Source: Halogeometricum borinquense DSM 11551
GTDB taxonomy: Archaea > Halobacteriota > Halobacteria > Halobacteriales > Haloferacaceae
Length of the DNA: 32,000 nt
NCBI RefSeq assembly: GCF_000172995.2
Contig: NC_014729.1
Location: 1,500,001 to 1,532,000, forward strand
Direction: 5' to 3'
Below, one piece after another: positions 20,100 to 29,980 of the stretch; positions within the stretch are counted from its first letter, which is position 1, and each line of letters begins with the position of its first letter. The notes below the pieces were generated by a model. That model made no database searches. It had not been told where the DNA came from and saw nothing but the letters and a program-made list of their open reading frames with translations. The translations under genes were made by a program, and so were the position numbers.

Positions 20100-20357
20100 C
20101 TGCCGTTCGGTCTCGATTTTCCCCGCCCGTGTTCTCGAATCGGCGTAACGTAGAAGTTCCCCGAGCGTCTGCGTTTTCCTATGACGTTCGCTCCCGTTTG
20201 CGTCGTCGGTCGGTGGCGGTGGCACGCCTCCTCGGGAGCGGACAGTGTCGCGGCCCGCGTCGTCCGGGCGTAACCCGCCGGCGCGACCCCGACGCTCCCT
20301 TCGTTCTCTTTTTGCACCGCATTCGACCACAGCACACGCACACGTACACGCATCTCG

Positions 20358-21527
20358 ATGCCACAGAACTTCACCGTCACACCGTACGCCGTAGACGGCG
20401 AGGTGGACTACGACCGCCTCCTCGACGCCTTCGGCGCGGACGCACTGACCGACGACCAACGCGACCGGTTCCCTGATCCCGTTCACCCGATGGTTCGCCG
20501 CGGCGTGTTCTACGCCGGACGCGACGTAGACCCGTTCCTCGACGCCGCAACCGCCGGACAGACATGCTCTGTCGTCACCGGACGCGGGCCGTCCGGGCCG
20601 ATGCATCTCGGGCACGTCCTGCCGTTTTACTTCGCCAAGTATCTCCAAGAACAGACCGGTGCATACGTCTACGTCCCGCTCTCGGACGACGAGAAGTACT
20701 TCGCCAAGGACCGACAGTTTGAGGACATCTCGGCGCACGTCCGCGAGAACCTCCGCGACCTACTCGCCGTCGGCTTCGACCCCGAGCGAACCCGTTTCGT
20801 CATCGATACCGCCGACGCCGACGTCGTCTATCCGCTCGCGGCCGCGTTCGCTAACGACCTCACGCCCGCCACCGTCGAAGCCGTCTACGGCGAGCAACCG
20901 AACGTCGGCCTCACGTTTTACCCGGCCGTGCAGGCGGCGCATCTCCTGTTGCCGCAACTCGTCCACGGCAGACATCCGACGCTCGTTCCTGTCGCCGTAG
21001 ATCAAGATCCGCACGTCCGCGTCTGCCGGGACATCGCCGCAAAGGAACGCTACGACGTGGACAAACCCGGTGACCTTCTCTCTCGATTCCTTCCGAGTCT
21101 CGGCGGGCCGGGGAAGATGAGCAGTTCCGACGATGCGCCGAGCATCGAACTCACCGACGACCGAGCGACAGTCGAGGAGAAGATTCACCGGTACGCTCAC
21201 TCCGGCGGCCGCGACTCGCTCGCGGCACACCGCGAACACGGCGGCGACCCCGCCGTGGACGTGGCGTACCAGTACCTTCACTTCTTCTTCGAATCGGACG
21301 ACAGGACGGTCGAACGACTCGCCCGCGACTACCGCGCGGGTGATTTGACCAGCGGTGAGATGAAAGCACGCGCCGCAGAACAGATCGTTGACTTCCTTGA
21401 GGCCCACCAAGCGCGACGGGACCAACTGGGCTCGCTCGACGCCGAACTGGGTCCATACCGTCTCACCGACGACGAACGGGAGCGCGCCCGCAGAGGCGTT
21501 GGCGTCGAGACGGGCAGGTTAGAGTAA
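20358..21527 (+). CDS. trpS: tryptophan--tRNA ligase (archaeal type)
   Basis: FTVTPYAVDGEVDYDRLL, TGRGPSGPMHLGHVLPF (HIGH region), AVDQDPH, GKMSSS (KMSKS region). Collinear with archaeal TrpRS. Confidence 0.9.
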   Translation: MPQNFTVTPYAVDGEVDYDRLLDAFGADALTDDQRDRFPDPVHPMVRRGVFYAGRDVDPFLDAATAGQTCSVVTGRGPSGPMHLGHVLPFYFAKYLQEQTGAYVYVPLSDDEKYFAKDRQFEDISAHVRENLRDLLAVGFDPERTRFVIDTADADVVYPLAAAFANDLTPATVEAVYGEQPNVGLTFYPAVQAAHLLLPQLVHGRHPTLVPVAVDQDPHVRVCRDIAAKERYDVDKPGDLLSRFLPSLGGPGKMSSSDDAPSIELTDDRATVEEKIHRYAHSGGRDSLAAHREHGGDPAVDVAYQYLHFFFESDDRTVERLARDYRAGDLTSGEMKARAAEQIVDFLEAHQARRDQLGSLDAELGPYRLTDDERERARRGVGVETGRLE

Positions 21528-22424
21528 CGACTCGTATCCGAAGTTGTACTCGGTCGTGAATTGGATGGACGGGTCGTCTTCATCGTGGACTGTCTCTACT
21601 GTCGTCGCTATCGAGCGAACGCCGTCAGCAAGCCCGTCCCACTCCAGTGAGTATTCGCTGTCTGGCCTCTGGTCGGATAGAATCTCCCCCGACGGAGTGG
21701 TGGTGACGCGCCCTGACGGGAGTTTGAATGACGCATCTCCGCTGCCGAACTCGACAGCGACGGTCGATGAATTGTCAGCCGAAATTGTATCTGTGACCAC
21801 CGGATTTGCTACCTTGCCGGCCGTCTCAACGCCGATTTGAAGGTACGCCGTCCGAAGTGGCTCCGTTATGATGTTGAACGAGCCAAGGCCAGCAGTGTAC
21901 GTTAGGTCGCCGTTATCGACGGCGGTCCACATGAAGTGACGGTATCGCGTTTGGTCCGATTCACTGTTCGACTCGCCGCTGTCGCCTGCGGAGTCGCCTT
22001 CGACGCGGTACGTCGCGGCCACGGAGTTAACTTCGTAATCGCCCTCGTATGCGCCGCCTTCAGTGCTCGTGTCGATGTTGTCGGTAGTTGCGGTGATGAA
22101 TCCGTCGTATGTCGGGTCGCCGGTTCCGAACACGCCCGCGTCGCCGTACCGTTCGGCCATCTTCTCGACGTACTCCCGAAACTCGTCTTCGTCCATGTCC
22201 GGGTCGCCATCGCCCGGTGATAGCGTCGCATGTATCCCACCGCCGAGCTTCGTCATCACGTCGTCGTCTTCCGCCGCGGAAACACCCGCGAAACCACCTG
22301 TCGCTGCTGCTCCGCCACCGATTATTTTGAGAACTGCTCGCCGTGTCGTGGAGGTCTCTTTCGGGGACACAAGTGAGTACTCTCTCTCTGTACTGTTAAA
22401 AAAGCAACAGATTGGGGTAGTCAC
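21519..22424 (-). CDS. Tat-signal secreted protein, unknown function (true start may be the GTG at 22370)
   Basis: Twin-arginine signal TSTTRRAVLKIIGGGAAATGGFAGVSAA. The GTG at 22370 would place RR at a typical distance from the N-terminus. Acidic mature region with no recognised domain. Confidence 0.65.
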   Translation of the reverse strand: MTTPICCFFNSTEREYSLVSPKETSTTRRAVLKIIGGGAAATGGFAGVSAAEDDDVMTKLGGGIHATLSPGDGDPDMDEDEFREYVEKMAERYGDAGVFGTGDPTYDGFITATTDNIDTSTEGGAYEGDYEVNSVAATYRVEGDSAGDSGESNSESDQTRYRHFMWTAVDNGDLTYTAGLGSFNIITEPLRTAYLQIGVETAGKVANPVVTDTISADNSSTVAVEFGSGDASFKLPSGRVTTTPSGEILSDQRPDSEYSLEWDGLADGVRSIATTVETVHDEDDPSIQFTTEYNFGYESLL

Positions 22425-22474
22425 CCCGCTTGATGGCCTGCGTCGTGTGTTACAGTTTGCGACCGAGACTCCAG

Positions 22475-23683
22475 TTAGAAGTCGCCGGTGACGATGTCCG
22501 CAACCCGCTGGCGGTCGAACAGTTCTCCGGAGAACGTGTCCGGGTAGAGGTCCTTTGCAGTTCGTTCGACTAAGAAGAGGTTGTGAATCGGTCCTTGGTA
22601 CGTCGGTCCGCCGCGGAAGACGCGGTCGTTCTTGACGGCGGTGAGTTGGCTTCCGATGTCGTGGTTCTTCATGTGCTTGACGAGCGTATTCTGGAACTCC
22701 GCTTCGGTCTTCGTCTCGTGTCCTTTGAGTAACAGCGTGTCGGGGTCAACTTCGAGGAGTTGCTCGTAGTCGATTTTCGTCCGGTTGGTCGAACTGATTC
22801 CTTTGACATCGGTACCCTCGAACGCGTCTTTCACCTTCAGATCTCGCAGGTGCTTGATGCTTGTTCCGCCGGTGTTGAGTCGGTAGGGTGAGAACTTCTC
22901 GGGTTCGTTGCCCGCGGCGTAAATGAGCGCAGCGGAGGCCGCCTCGGACTCAGCAGGCAACTGTTCGGCAACACGGCCGCGAACGTACTCGTCGTGGAGC
23001 GATTTGAACGCCTCGTACCGCTCCTGTTCTTGGAATATCTCCGCTACTTTCTCGAACGCCTCGTACATCGTGTAGTACTGGTAGTCCTCGTGCCACGTGT
23101 CCGTGTGACGGAAGATGAGATTCCCGATGAACGGCGCAACGCCCTCCGTGATCTCGTCGATGTCGGCCTGCTCCCACCCTTTGAAGTTGTTTATAATCCA
23201 GTTCGGGTCGATAACGTGGATGTCGGCGTCCATCGTGTAGAACAGTTCCTTGTCGATGCCGCCCTGGTAGAGTTCTTGCAGCGACTCCTTGTCGACGCTG
23301 ACTCCGTCCAGTTCCTCGTACCAGTGCGTGTGGAGTCGGGGCTTGTATCCGACGCTCAGTAGTCCGTCCGCCTGACCGAGAGCGATACCCATGTCGGCGT
23401 ATCCCTGACAGTACGTCGCCCACGTTTCGGGAACGCTGTCGAATTCGACGGTGCCAACCGGCTCCATCGTCACTGAATACGACCCGTCCGCGGCCGCCTC
23501 GGTTGCCGTCTCTGTTTCCGTCTCAGTGGCAGTGGCTGTCTCCGTCGAAGTCGATGTTTCGGTCGCTTCCGAGTCCGACTCGCCCGTACAACCGGCGACG
23601 ATCCCACTGCCGAGAATCGCTCCGCCGTACTTCAGATAGTCTCGCCGCGTCGCTCCGTTGCGTTTGATACCGTCGTTAGCCAT
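22475..23683 (-). CDS. ABC transporter substrate-binding lipoprotein (cluster A, iron-siderophore/cobalamin type)
   Basis: Tat motif RRDYLKY followed by the lipobox IVAGC and a Thr/Glu linker. The body resembles Peripla_BP_2-type binding proteins, ending in the typical ELFDRQRVADIV. Confidence 0.7.
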   Translation of the reverse strand: MANDGIKRNGATRRDYLKYGGAILGSGIVAGCTGESDSEATETSTSTETATATETETETATEAAADGSYSVTMEPVGTVEFDSVPETWATYCQGYADMGIALGQADGLLSVGYKPRLHTHWYEELDGVSVDKESLQELYQGGIDKELFYTMDADIHVIDPNWIINNFKGWEQADIDEITEGVAPFIGNLIFRHTDTWHEDYQYYTMYEAFEKVAEIFQEQERYEAFKSLHDEYVRGRVAEQLPAESEAASAALIYAAGNEPEKFSPYRLNTGGTSIKHLRDLKVKDAFEGTDVKGISSTNRTKIDYEQLLEVDPDTLLLKGHETKTEAEFQNTLVKHMKNHDIGSQLTAVKNDRVFRGGPTYQGPIHNLFLVERTAKDLYPDTFSGELFDRQRVADIVTGDF

Positions 23684-23702
23684 ATTTTTTGGCTTGCCTA
23701 AA

Positions 23703-23711
23703 AATATATAG
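23703..23711 (-). promoter_or_regulatory. TATA-like element (TATATATTT on the minus strand) about 20-28 nt upstream of the SBP start
   Basis: AT-rich block immediately upstream of the ATG at 23683. Position-based only. Confidence 0.3.
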
Positions 23712-23929
23712 TCGTTCGGTTTTCGTCTCGTTAAAATATCAGCAGCGTCCGTGCGTAATCAACCCTCACGTCGCACTATAAAATGTCACCGGTGTTTTCG
23801 CGTCCTCGAATCGATGAATCTAGGGTTGAACCTCACCGCATCAAGCCAGATCTCGGGAGTCGGTGGGGCGTCGTCGGGTCCCTACACGGCGTCAAATACG
23901 ATCATCACCGCGTTTCTCCGTCGAGCCGC

Positions 23930-24370
23930 CTACAGAACTCCGGCGACGACGAGCAGCGCTATCGAGACAGCGCTCGCGCCAAGAAACCATGGTCGCGCTT
24001 TCGTTGCTGCCGCGACCGCCGATTTCTCCGATAGACTGTTGGTCAGTTGACGGTAACCGAAGAAAAGCACGATTGCGAGGACGAGCCATAGGCCGACCAT
24101 CGCCAGTACGAGGTTTCCCCGGCCCATCGTCTGGAGTGTTTCGGCGGTGTAAATCGTCCCTGCGAGATGGCCGCCGCTGAACAGCAGCAGGAGGGTCGAG
24201 GCCACCGTAAGATACCAGAACCGTCGTGCAATGAATGTCAACCCATCTCTACTCAGCGACTCGCTACGTGCCGCCGGAATGACGGCCCCGGCAACCACGA
24301 GCGTCCCACCCGTCCAAAGCGCAGCGAAAACCGTGTGGATGGTCATCACTATGTCAAGCATACTTGTCAT
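23930..24370 (-). CDS. 4-TM membrane protein, CopD-like
   Basis: 146 aa. First helix IHTVFAALWTGGTLVV resembles the CopD-family H...W.GG motif. Family assignment is tentative. Confidence 0.55.
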   Translation of the reverse strand: MTSMLDIVMTIHTVFAALWTGGTLVVAGAVIPAARSESLSRDGLTFIARRFWYLTVASTLLLLFSGGHLAGTIYTAETLQTMGRGNLVLAMVGLWLVLAIVLFFGYRQLTNSLSEKSAVAAATKARPWFLGASAVSIALLVVAGVL

Positions 24371-24720
24371 AGACGAACCTCCATACTCCGCTGTGGCCCA
24401 CCCGTAATGCCGTTGCTGGGTCGGCGTACTGCGCCGGTTACAACCACACCCTCGGAACCTCGCGGTTGCACATGATCGAGTTCTCTGTGTGTCATCTTCT
24501 GGGTGTTCGAGGCTGGAAGATAAACATCGATGGAGGCGTCCCAGGTTGTGGGACTAGCAGGCGCGAACGACCAGAAACGGCATTGGAGGGAGTACAGCGA
24601 CTATTCCAGTAATCTGGGACTAACCGGGACCTCTATACCCCCTACACCGAAAGCATTGAAGACCACAAGAGATGAGCTCGGCAAAGTGTCGCAACGAAAA
24701 TACAGTATACAGTACTTGGG

Positions 24721-25176
24721 ATGAGCGAACAAAACATTGATTCGAATCGGCTATCACTGATTCCGTCGAATATTATCTCAAGTAATTCATCTACCGAAAT
24801 GGATCGATGGTCATCCGAAGAACCCGACGACCCCGCTCTTCCGACGGTGTTGAAGTCGCTCGACGATGACAAGTGCCGGACAATATTGACGCTACTGGAC
24901 AACCCGAAATCTGCAAGTGAACTCTGTGAGGAGTGCGATCTTCCGAGTTCGACAGTGTATCGGAAACTCGAACTGCTCCGCGAATCGATGCTCGTTCGGG
25001 AATACACGGAAGTTCGGCGTGACGGGCCAAACGCCACACTCTACGAACGGGATTTTACAGATATTTCAATCAGCATCACCGACGACGAGTTTACGATGGC
25101 AGTTTCCCGCCCAGAAGAGGATCCAGAGGACCGCCTAGCCACGTTCTGGTCAGCAATGAAGGAGGAATCGCAATGA
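24721..25176 (+). CDS. ArsR-like winged helix-turn-helix transcriptional regulator (start could be 24799)
   Basis: LKSLDDDKCRTILTLLDNPKSASELCEECDLPSSTVYRKLELLRESMLVRE is a typical wHTH. Stop overlaps the next gene's start (ATGA at 25173-25176). Confidence 0.75.
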   Translation: MSEQNIDSNRLSLIPSNIISSNSSTEMDRWSSEEPDDPALPTVLKSLDDDKCRTILTLLDNPKSASELCEECDLPSSTVYRKLELLRESMLVREYTEVRRDGPNATLYERDFTDISISITDDEFTMAVSRPEEDPEDRLATFWSAMKEESQ

Positions 25177-25448
25177 ATGTATCTATTATTCTACTTGTTG
25201 TCGTCAAGATTGTTGCCCTCGTCCTCGGGGGTATCGTGTCTCTGATGGCATACAGAGCCTACAATCGAACGCGAATCGCAGGTCTCCAATTCTTTGCGAT
25301 AGGGTTGGCGGTCATCACGCTCGGAACGTTTCTCGTCGGGGTGTTCCACCATCTCGGTGGTGCTTCTGCTACTATCGGAATGCTCCTTGAGAGTGTGATC
25401 ATCAGTATCGGGTTCGTTGTCATGATCTACGGGCTCAAACAGACGTAG
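25173..25448 (+). CDS. small 3-TM membrane protein coupled to the wHTH gene
   Basis: 91 aa, three hydrophobic helices, translational coupling with the regulator. Confidence 0.6.
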   Translation: MNVSIILLVVVKIVALVLGGIVSLMAYRAYNRTRIAGLQFFAIGLAVITLGTFLVGVFHHLGGASATIGMLLESVIISIGFVVMIYGLKQT

Positions 25449-25642
25449 AAGCCGATCTGTTCTCACCGAAGGTCGCTATCTGGACAGTACTCTCGAAGCG
25501 ACAACCAGTTCTCCCACATCTTGGGAGCCTTCCATCGCGCCTTATCAATCGCTATCTGACTGGGATGTATGCACTGGTCCGAAACATCCCTCAGTCAGTC
25601 TGAGTTCGCAATCTCTCCCGTAACAGGTGGTGTCGGGAACCG

Positions 25643-28249
25643 ATGAAACGGGGACTGACGTCGCGGTATGCGGACGTACTGGCTTCGCGGAGCAGATTAA
25701 TCATTGCTCTGTTGCTCGTCGTCAGTGCCGTCGTTGGCGCTGGTGCGGTTTTGGGGACCACTGGGGAAGAACAAATTGGCCAAGCTAGCATCGATTCTAC
25801 GGAACAGGCAGCGCTTGACCGTATTGAAGCGACGTACGAGACCGATGACGCAGTGGTCGCACAGGTTGTCGTCAGAGATGAAGGCGGTGATGTTCTCACT
25901 CGTGAGTCGTTACTCGAAAGTCTCCGTCTTCAGCAAGCGTTCCGCAAAAACGAATCGATCAATGCGACGCTCCGCGACGGGACAGGAACCGTCGGCATCG
26001 AGAATGTAGTTGCAAACGTTGCGTACGCTCACGAGCAGCGCGAACACGCCAAGACATCGGGTACCAACGGCAACTCCGGGAGTAATACATCGGCGGCAGG
26101 ACGAGGTCAGTCGTCGGAGCCGACGCTCAGCCAGCAGATCGCAGCAGTTGAATCCAGCTCGGACGAGGAAATCGAAACGTATCTCAGCCGAATCCTTGAT
26201 CCAGATGCGTCCGTTCCTGGTAGCGACCCAACCGAATTCCTGCCAACGGATTACGAACCAGGGACGACGAGTGCTGATGCGAGAACAACCCTCGTCTTTC
26301 AGAAAAGCCCGAGCAGTTCGGCGACGACGACTCAGACGGTAAACGACGCGCAAGTGACCATCAACTCGCTAGTCGAGAAGCGCTTCGCCGACGCGTTCGT
26401 CTTCGGGCAAGGAATCATCGACGAAGAGTCTTCACAGGCCATCGGCGATACGTTCATCATCATCACACCCGTTGCAGTTGTCCTCCTGCTCGTTGTCCTC
26501 ACGATTGCTTACCGCGACCTCGTGGACGTTCTCGTGAGCGTCTTCGGTGTCGGCATCGTGATGGTTTGGTACGCTGGCGTACAGGGGTGGCTCGGAATTC
26601 CGTCGAATTCGACCCTTATCGCCGTTCCGTTCCTGCTTATTGGACTCAGTATCGACTATTCCCTCCACGTCGTCATGCGCTACCGCGAGGCACGAGAAGG
26701 GACGCTTGACACTGACGGCGAGAGTGTCGGTCGGCGAGATCCGGCGACAGCGATGCGTCTCGGGATTGCTGGTGTCGTTCTCGCGTTGGCTACCGCCGCG
26801 TTCTCGACGGCGGTCGGCTTTTTCTCGAATTACATCAGTCCGCTGGGCTCGATTCAGGACTTCGCCATTCTGAGTGGTGTCGGCATCGTCGCTATCTTTG
26901 TCGTTTTCGCCGCGCTCGTGCCAGCCGTCAAACTCGAACTCGAACAGTTCTTCGACCGCCGTGGCCGCGACCGACGCAATCCCGCTGTCGGCGTCAGTTC
27001 GGGGTGGCTGAATCGTCTTCTCTCGGGTACTGCTTCGCTCGCGCGACGGGCGCCCATTGTCGTAATCGTCATCTCACTGCTGCTCGCTTCCGCAGGTGCA
27101 TACGGTGCGACCGGTATCGACACGGAGTTCAATCAGGCTGATTTCCTGCCACAGGAGGCGCCGACGTGGATGGAGTCGCTTCCGGAACCGTTCGCACCCG
27201 GCGATTATGATATCAGCGAGAATCTCGACTACCTGAGCGACAATTTCCGCCAACGTGGACAGGGATCGGCGGGACAGGTACTGATACGTGGAAACGTGAC
27301 TGCGCCAGCACTGCTCACTGCGGTCAACGACGTCAGTCACAATACGGACAGTAGTGGGACAATCGTCGTCGGTTCTGATGGAAGAGCCGCCATTGAGGGT
27401 CCAGTATCCGTCCTTCGTACTGTCGCCGCCGAAAATCAGACGGTGGCCAATGCAATCGAAACGCGTGATACGGACGGTGATGGGCTCCCGGACAAGGATG
27501 TCGCCACGGTTTATGATCTCCTGTTTGATGCCGCTCCCGAACAAGCGTCGTCAGTCCTCTATCGCACCGATAACGGATCGTATCAGTCTGCTCGATTGAC
27601 TGTGGGCGTTCAGGGTAACGCCTCGGCTCAATCGGTCGCAAGCGATGTACGAGGAGTCTCCTCGGCAATCGAAGGGGACGCACCAGTACGAGCCACTGCG
27701 ACGGGTGGTCCGGTCATCACTGCGGTCGTTCAGGGTGCCCTGTTCGAGACGCTCGTCGAAGGATTCGCTATCACACTCGGTGTCATTCTCACCCTGCTTA
27801 TCGGGTTATACTGGTGGCGGCATCGCGCACCTGGGTTGGGTGTGGTGACGCTCGTGCCCGTCTTGATCGCGCTCGCGTGGTTGCTCGGGACGATGGCAGC
27901 GCTCGATATCCCCTTCAACAGCGAGACTGTCGTGATTACGAGTCTGGCGATTGGCCTCGGCGTGGATTACAGCATCCACGCCAGCGAACGATTCGTTGAC
28001 GAGCGCGCTCGCTCCGACTCACTTGCGGACTCACTATCGAGAGCGCTCACCGGAACCGGTGGTGCGTTGCTCGGAAGTGCAGTGACGACCGCAGCCGGCT
28101 TTGGAGTGCTTGCGCTGGCACTGTCGCCACCCCTCCAGCGGTTCGGCATCGTGACCGGACTGAGCATCATCTACGCATTTGTAGCATGCGTGACGGTGCT
28201 CCCTTGCCTGCTTGTGATTCGGGAGCGTCTTCTCACACGAATCGCTTGA
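25643..28249 (+). CDS. RND-superfamily / MMPL-type exporter (two 6-TM bundles plus two large external loops)
   Basis: 868 aa. Duplicated architecture with SSD-like TM blocks (IGLSIDYSLHV in the first half, IGLGVDYSIHA in the second). Confidence 0.8.
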   Translation: MKRGLTSRYADVLASRSRLIIALLLVVSAVVGAGAVLGTTGEEQIGQASIDSTEQAALDRIEATYETDDAVVAQVVVRDEGGDVLTRESLLESLRLQQAFRKNESINATLRDGTGTVGIENVVANVAYAHEQREHAKTSGTNGNSGSNTSAAGRGQSSEPTLSQQIAAVESSSDEEIETYLSRILDPDASVPGSDPTEFLPTDYEPGTTSADARTTLVFQKSPSSSATTTQTVNDAQVTINSLVEKRFADAFVFGQGIIDEESSQAIGDTFIIITPVAVVLLLVVLTIAYRDLVDVLVSVFGVGIVMVWYAGVQGWLGIPSNSTLIAVPFLLIGLSIDYSLHVVMRYREAREGTLDTDGESVGRRDPATAMRLGIAGVVLALATAAFSTAVGFFSNYISPLGSIQDFAILSGVGIVAIFVVFAALVPAVKLELEQFFDRRGRDRRNPAVGVSSGWLNRLLSGTASLARRAPIVVIVISLLLASAGAYGATGIDTEFNQADFLPQEAPTWMESLPEPFAPGDYDISENLDYLSDNFRQRGQGSAGQVLIRGNVTAPALLTAVNDVSHNTDSSGTIVVGSDGRAAIEGPVSVLRTVAAENQTVANAIETRDTDGDGLPDKDVATVYDLLFDAAPEQASSVLYRTDNGSYQSARLTVGVQGNASAQSVASDVRGVSSAIEGDAPVRATATGGPVITAVVQGALFETLVEGFAITLGVILTLLIGLYWWRHRAPGLGVVTLVPVLIALAWLLGTMAALDIPFNSETVVITSLAIGLGVDYSIHASERFVDERARSDSLADSLSRALTGTGGALLGSAVTTAAGFGVLALALSPPLQRFGIVTGLSIIYAFVACVTVLPCLLVIRERLLTRIA

Positions 28250-28483
28250 GTACTCATCTCTCGGCCGAACAAGCCGAGCGTCTCGGGGTTGCACGTCGCT
28301 CCCGATCTGCCGAATACGGCTTTCCGATGTTCCCTAATTTGACTGACTCTCGTAGCGAGGGCCGTACGCCTCACTTGTACAGTGATTGTGTCGGAACCGA
28401 AACGTCGGATCGCTGTTATCGACATGGGATATTCAATATAGCACCATACGATTCATGAGTCTGCAGACGGACAGCAACAACTA

Positions 28484-29539
28484 TCAGAAAAGTGAATAAA
28501 TATGCTGCTCGTACGTCTCTCGAACTCGATCACCCCAGTTGTGCGTGTAGGTGTCGATGATGTCGCCGCCGACGTCGCCTCGGAGGTACTTCACGATGCC
28601 GCGGTCCCCAGTTCGGTCGCGTAGATGCGTCGTGAAGAAGTGTCGAAAGTAGTGAGGAGTGACGTTCTCTTCTGCGTCGCCGCCAGCACGGTGCCAGCCT
28701 CGCTCTGCAGCGTGTCGTTCGACGAGGTGGTGAACCATGTCCGTCGTCAAGCGGTTCCCCCAACTCCCCGAGGTACTGACAAACAGTGGTTCCGCGGGCG
28801 ATGTAACGTCCGGCCTCACTGCCAGCCACCGGGTCAAGACGGCTTCTAACTCCTCGTCAACGGGGACGACGGTCGAACGCTTGCGTTTGTTCGACGCCGT
28901 GCGCCGTTCGCCGTTGGTCGTCCCCCCGGCTGCGGGCTCCGCCGAGACGTACAGCGACGGGCCGCGGCCATCCAGTTGCGCGCGATTGGATACATCACCC
29001 AGCGGTGTATCGTCTGCGAGTGAGACGTCTCGACAGTCGAGATTGCACAACTCACCGACGCGCATCCCCGTCTTGAGGAGGGTTACCATCACTGCGTGGT
29101 CCAGCGGATGGTGAACCTCACGCAGAAACGCACGCATCCCCGAAATAGAGATTTCGCGCCGCGAGGGATTCGCGTCGATTTGTTCGTCCATCTCCTCCAT
29201 CACGAGCGTCATCGGGTTGGCCTCGAACGCGCCGACTTGCGTCATGTAGGCGTAAAACCGGTGCAGGTAGGAGGCGTAGGTGGCGATGGTGCTGTCGGCG
29301 GCGTCCGCCCGTCGGAGCGAGTGTATCCACGCCATACAATCGCGGTGAGACGCTTCTGACACGCGTTTCTCTGCGTCCATCGGGTTCGCCTCGGGATCTG
29401 TGAGGAACGCCTCGAATCGTCGTAAGACGCGCTCGTAGGCGTCTCTCGTTCGCTCGGTCTTCCCGTGATACGTCATGTCCTGGAGGAAGTACGCGACGGG
29501 GTCTTCGACCGCCTCGCCGTCGGCCGTCTCAACGGCCAT
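28484..29539 (-). CDS. tyrosine-type site-specific recombinase / integrase
   Basis: N-terminal SAM-like core-binding domain. Catalytic TGMRVGEL (R), HYFRH (HxxR) and IDTYTH (Y). Start taken at MAVETADG (29539); the alternative at 29557 overlaps the upstream gene more. Confidence 0.85.
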   Translation of the reverse strand: MAVETADGEAVEDPVAYFLQDMTYHGKTERTRDAYERVLRRFEAFLTDPEANPMDAEKRVSEASHRDCMAWIHSLRRADAADSTIATYASYLHRFYAYMTQVGAFEANPMTLVMEEMDEQIDANPSRREISISGMRAFLREVHHPLDHAVMVTLLKTGMRVGELCNLDCRDVSLADDTPLGDVSNRAQLDGRGPSLYVSAEPAAGGTTNGERRTASNKRKRSTVVPVDEELEAVLTRWLAVRPDVTSPAEPLFVSTSGSWGNRLTTDMVHHLVERHAAERGWHRAGGDAEENVTPHYFRHFFTTHLRDRTGDRGIVKYLRGDVGGDIIDTYTHNWGDRVRETYEQHIYSLF

Positions 29540-29954
29540 CGTCGTCCTCGAACGCACCTGGGGCGAGAGCGTACCCGCCGTGTCGGCCGCTGTACTGCAC
29601 CCGGTTCGACGCCTGCAGATCCTGTAACGTCTCGTCGAGTCTGTCCTCGATATCGTCGGTCAGTGCGTCGAGCAGTTCGTCCCACGAACGATGGTCGGCC
29701 GGAGAGAGAGCATCGAGAACGCGAGATTCGAACTCACTTCCGCCGCTGCTTTCATCTGCCCCGTCGCTCTCTGGTTCGTCCGGAGTTCGATCCGGGATCT
29801 CGAAGTCGCGTCGGCCCGCCTGCACCATCGTCCGGACGAACTCGCTTTGGCTCATGCCGAGTTCTTCGGCGTGGGTTTTCCAGCGCTCTTTCTGGTACGC
29901 GGGGACGTACGTCATCACCGTCTTTCGTTCAGTCTCTGCTCCGTCACTCGCCAT
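29529..29954 (-). CDS. ribbon-helix-helix (CopG/MetJ-like) protein with an acidic tail, integrase-associated
   Basis: TYVPAYQKERWKTHAEELGMSQSEFVRTMVQAG fits the RHH beta-alpha-alpha pattern. Overlaps the integrase start. Confidence 0.6.
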   Translation of the reverse strand: MASDGAETERKTVMTYVPAYQKERWKTHAEELGMSQSEFVRTMVQAGRRDFEIPDRTPDEPESDGADESSGGSEFESRVLDALSPADHRSWDELLDALTDDIEDRLDETLQDLQASNRVQYSGRHGGYALAPGAFEDDDGR

Positions 29955-29980
29955 GGATACTCGTCTGTTTCATTGCTCGT

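Noticed and set aside
23686-23704. Possible DtxR/Idr-type iron box (TTAGGCAAGCCAA on the minus strand) between the TATA box and the start of the SBP gene.
   Set aside because: Only about 12 of 19 positions match the recalled TTAGGTTAGCCTAACCTAA consensus, and the site is not palindromic. Too weak to call.
24530-24724. 64-aa + strand ORF whose stop overlaps the wHTH start (ATGA).
   Set aside because: Non-acidic composition, no GC3 bias, no motif. Possibly real in a foreign island, but unsupported.
28260-28278. Hairpin CTCGGC-CGAACAA-GCCGAG just after the RND gene stop, considered as a terminator.
   Set aside because: Archaeal termination relies mainly on oligo-T tracts, and none follows. A 6-bp stem is not statistically remarkable.
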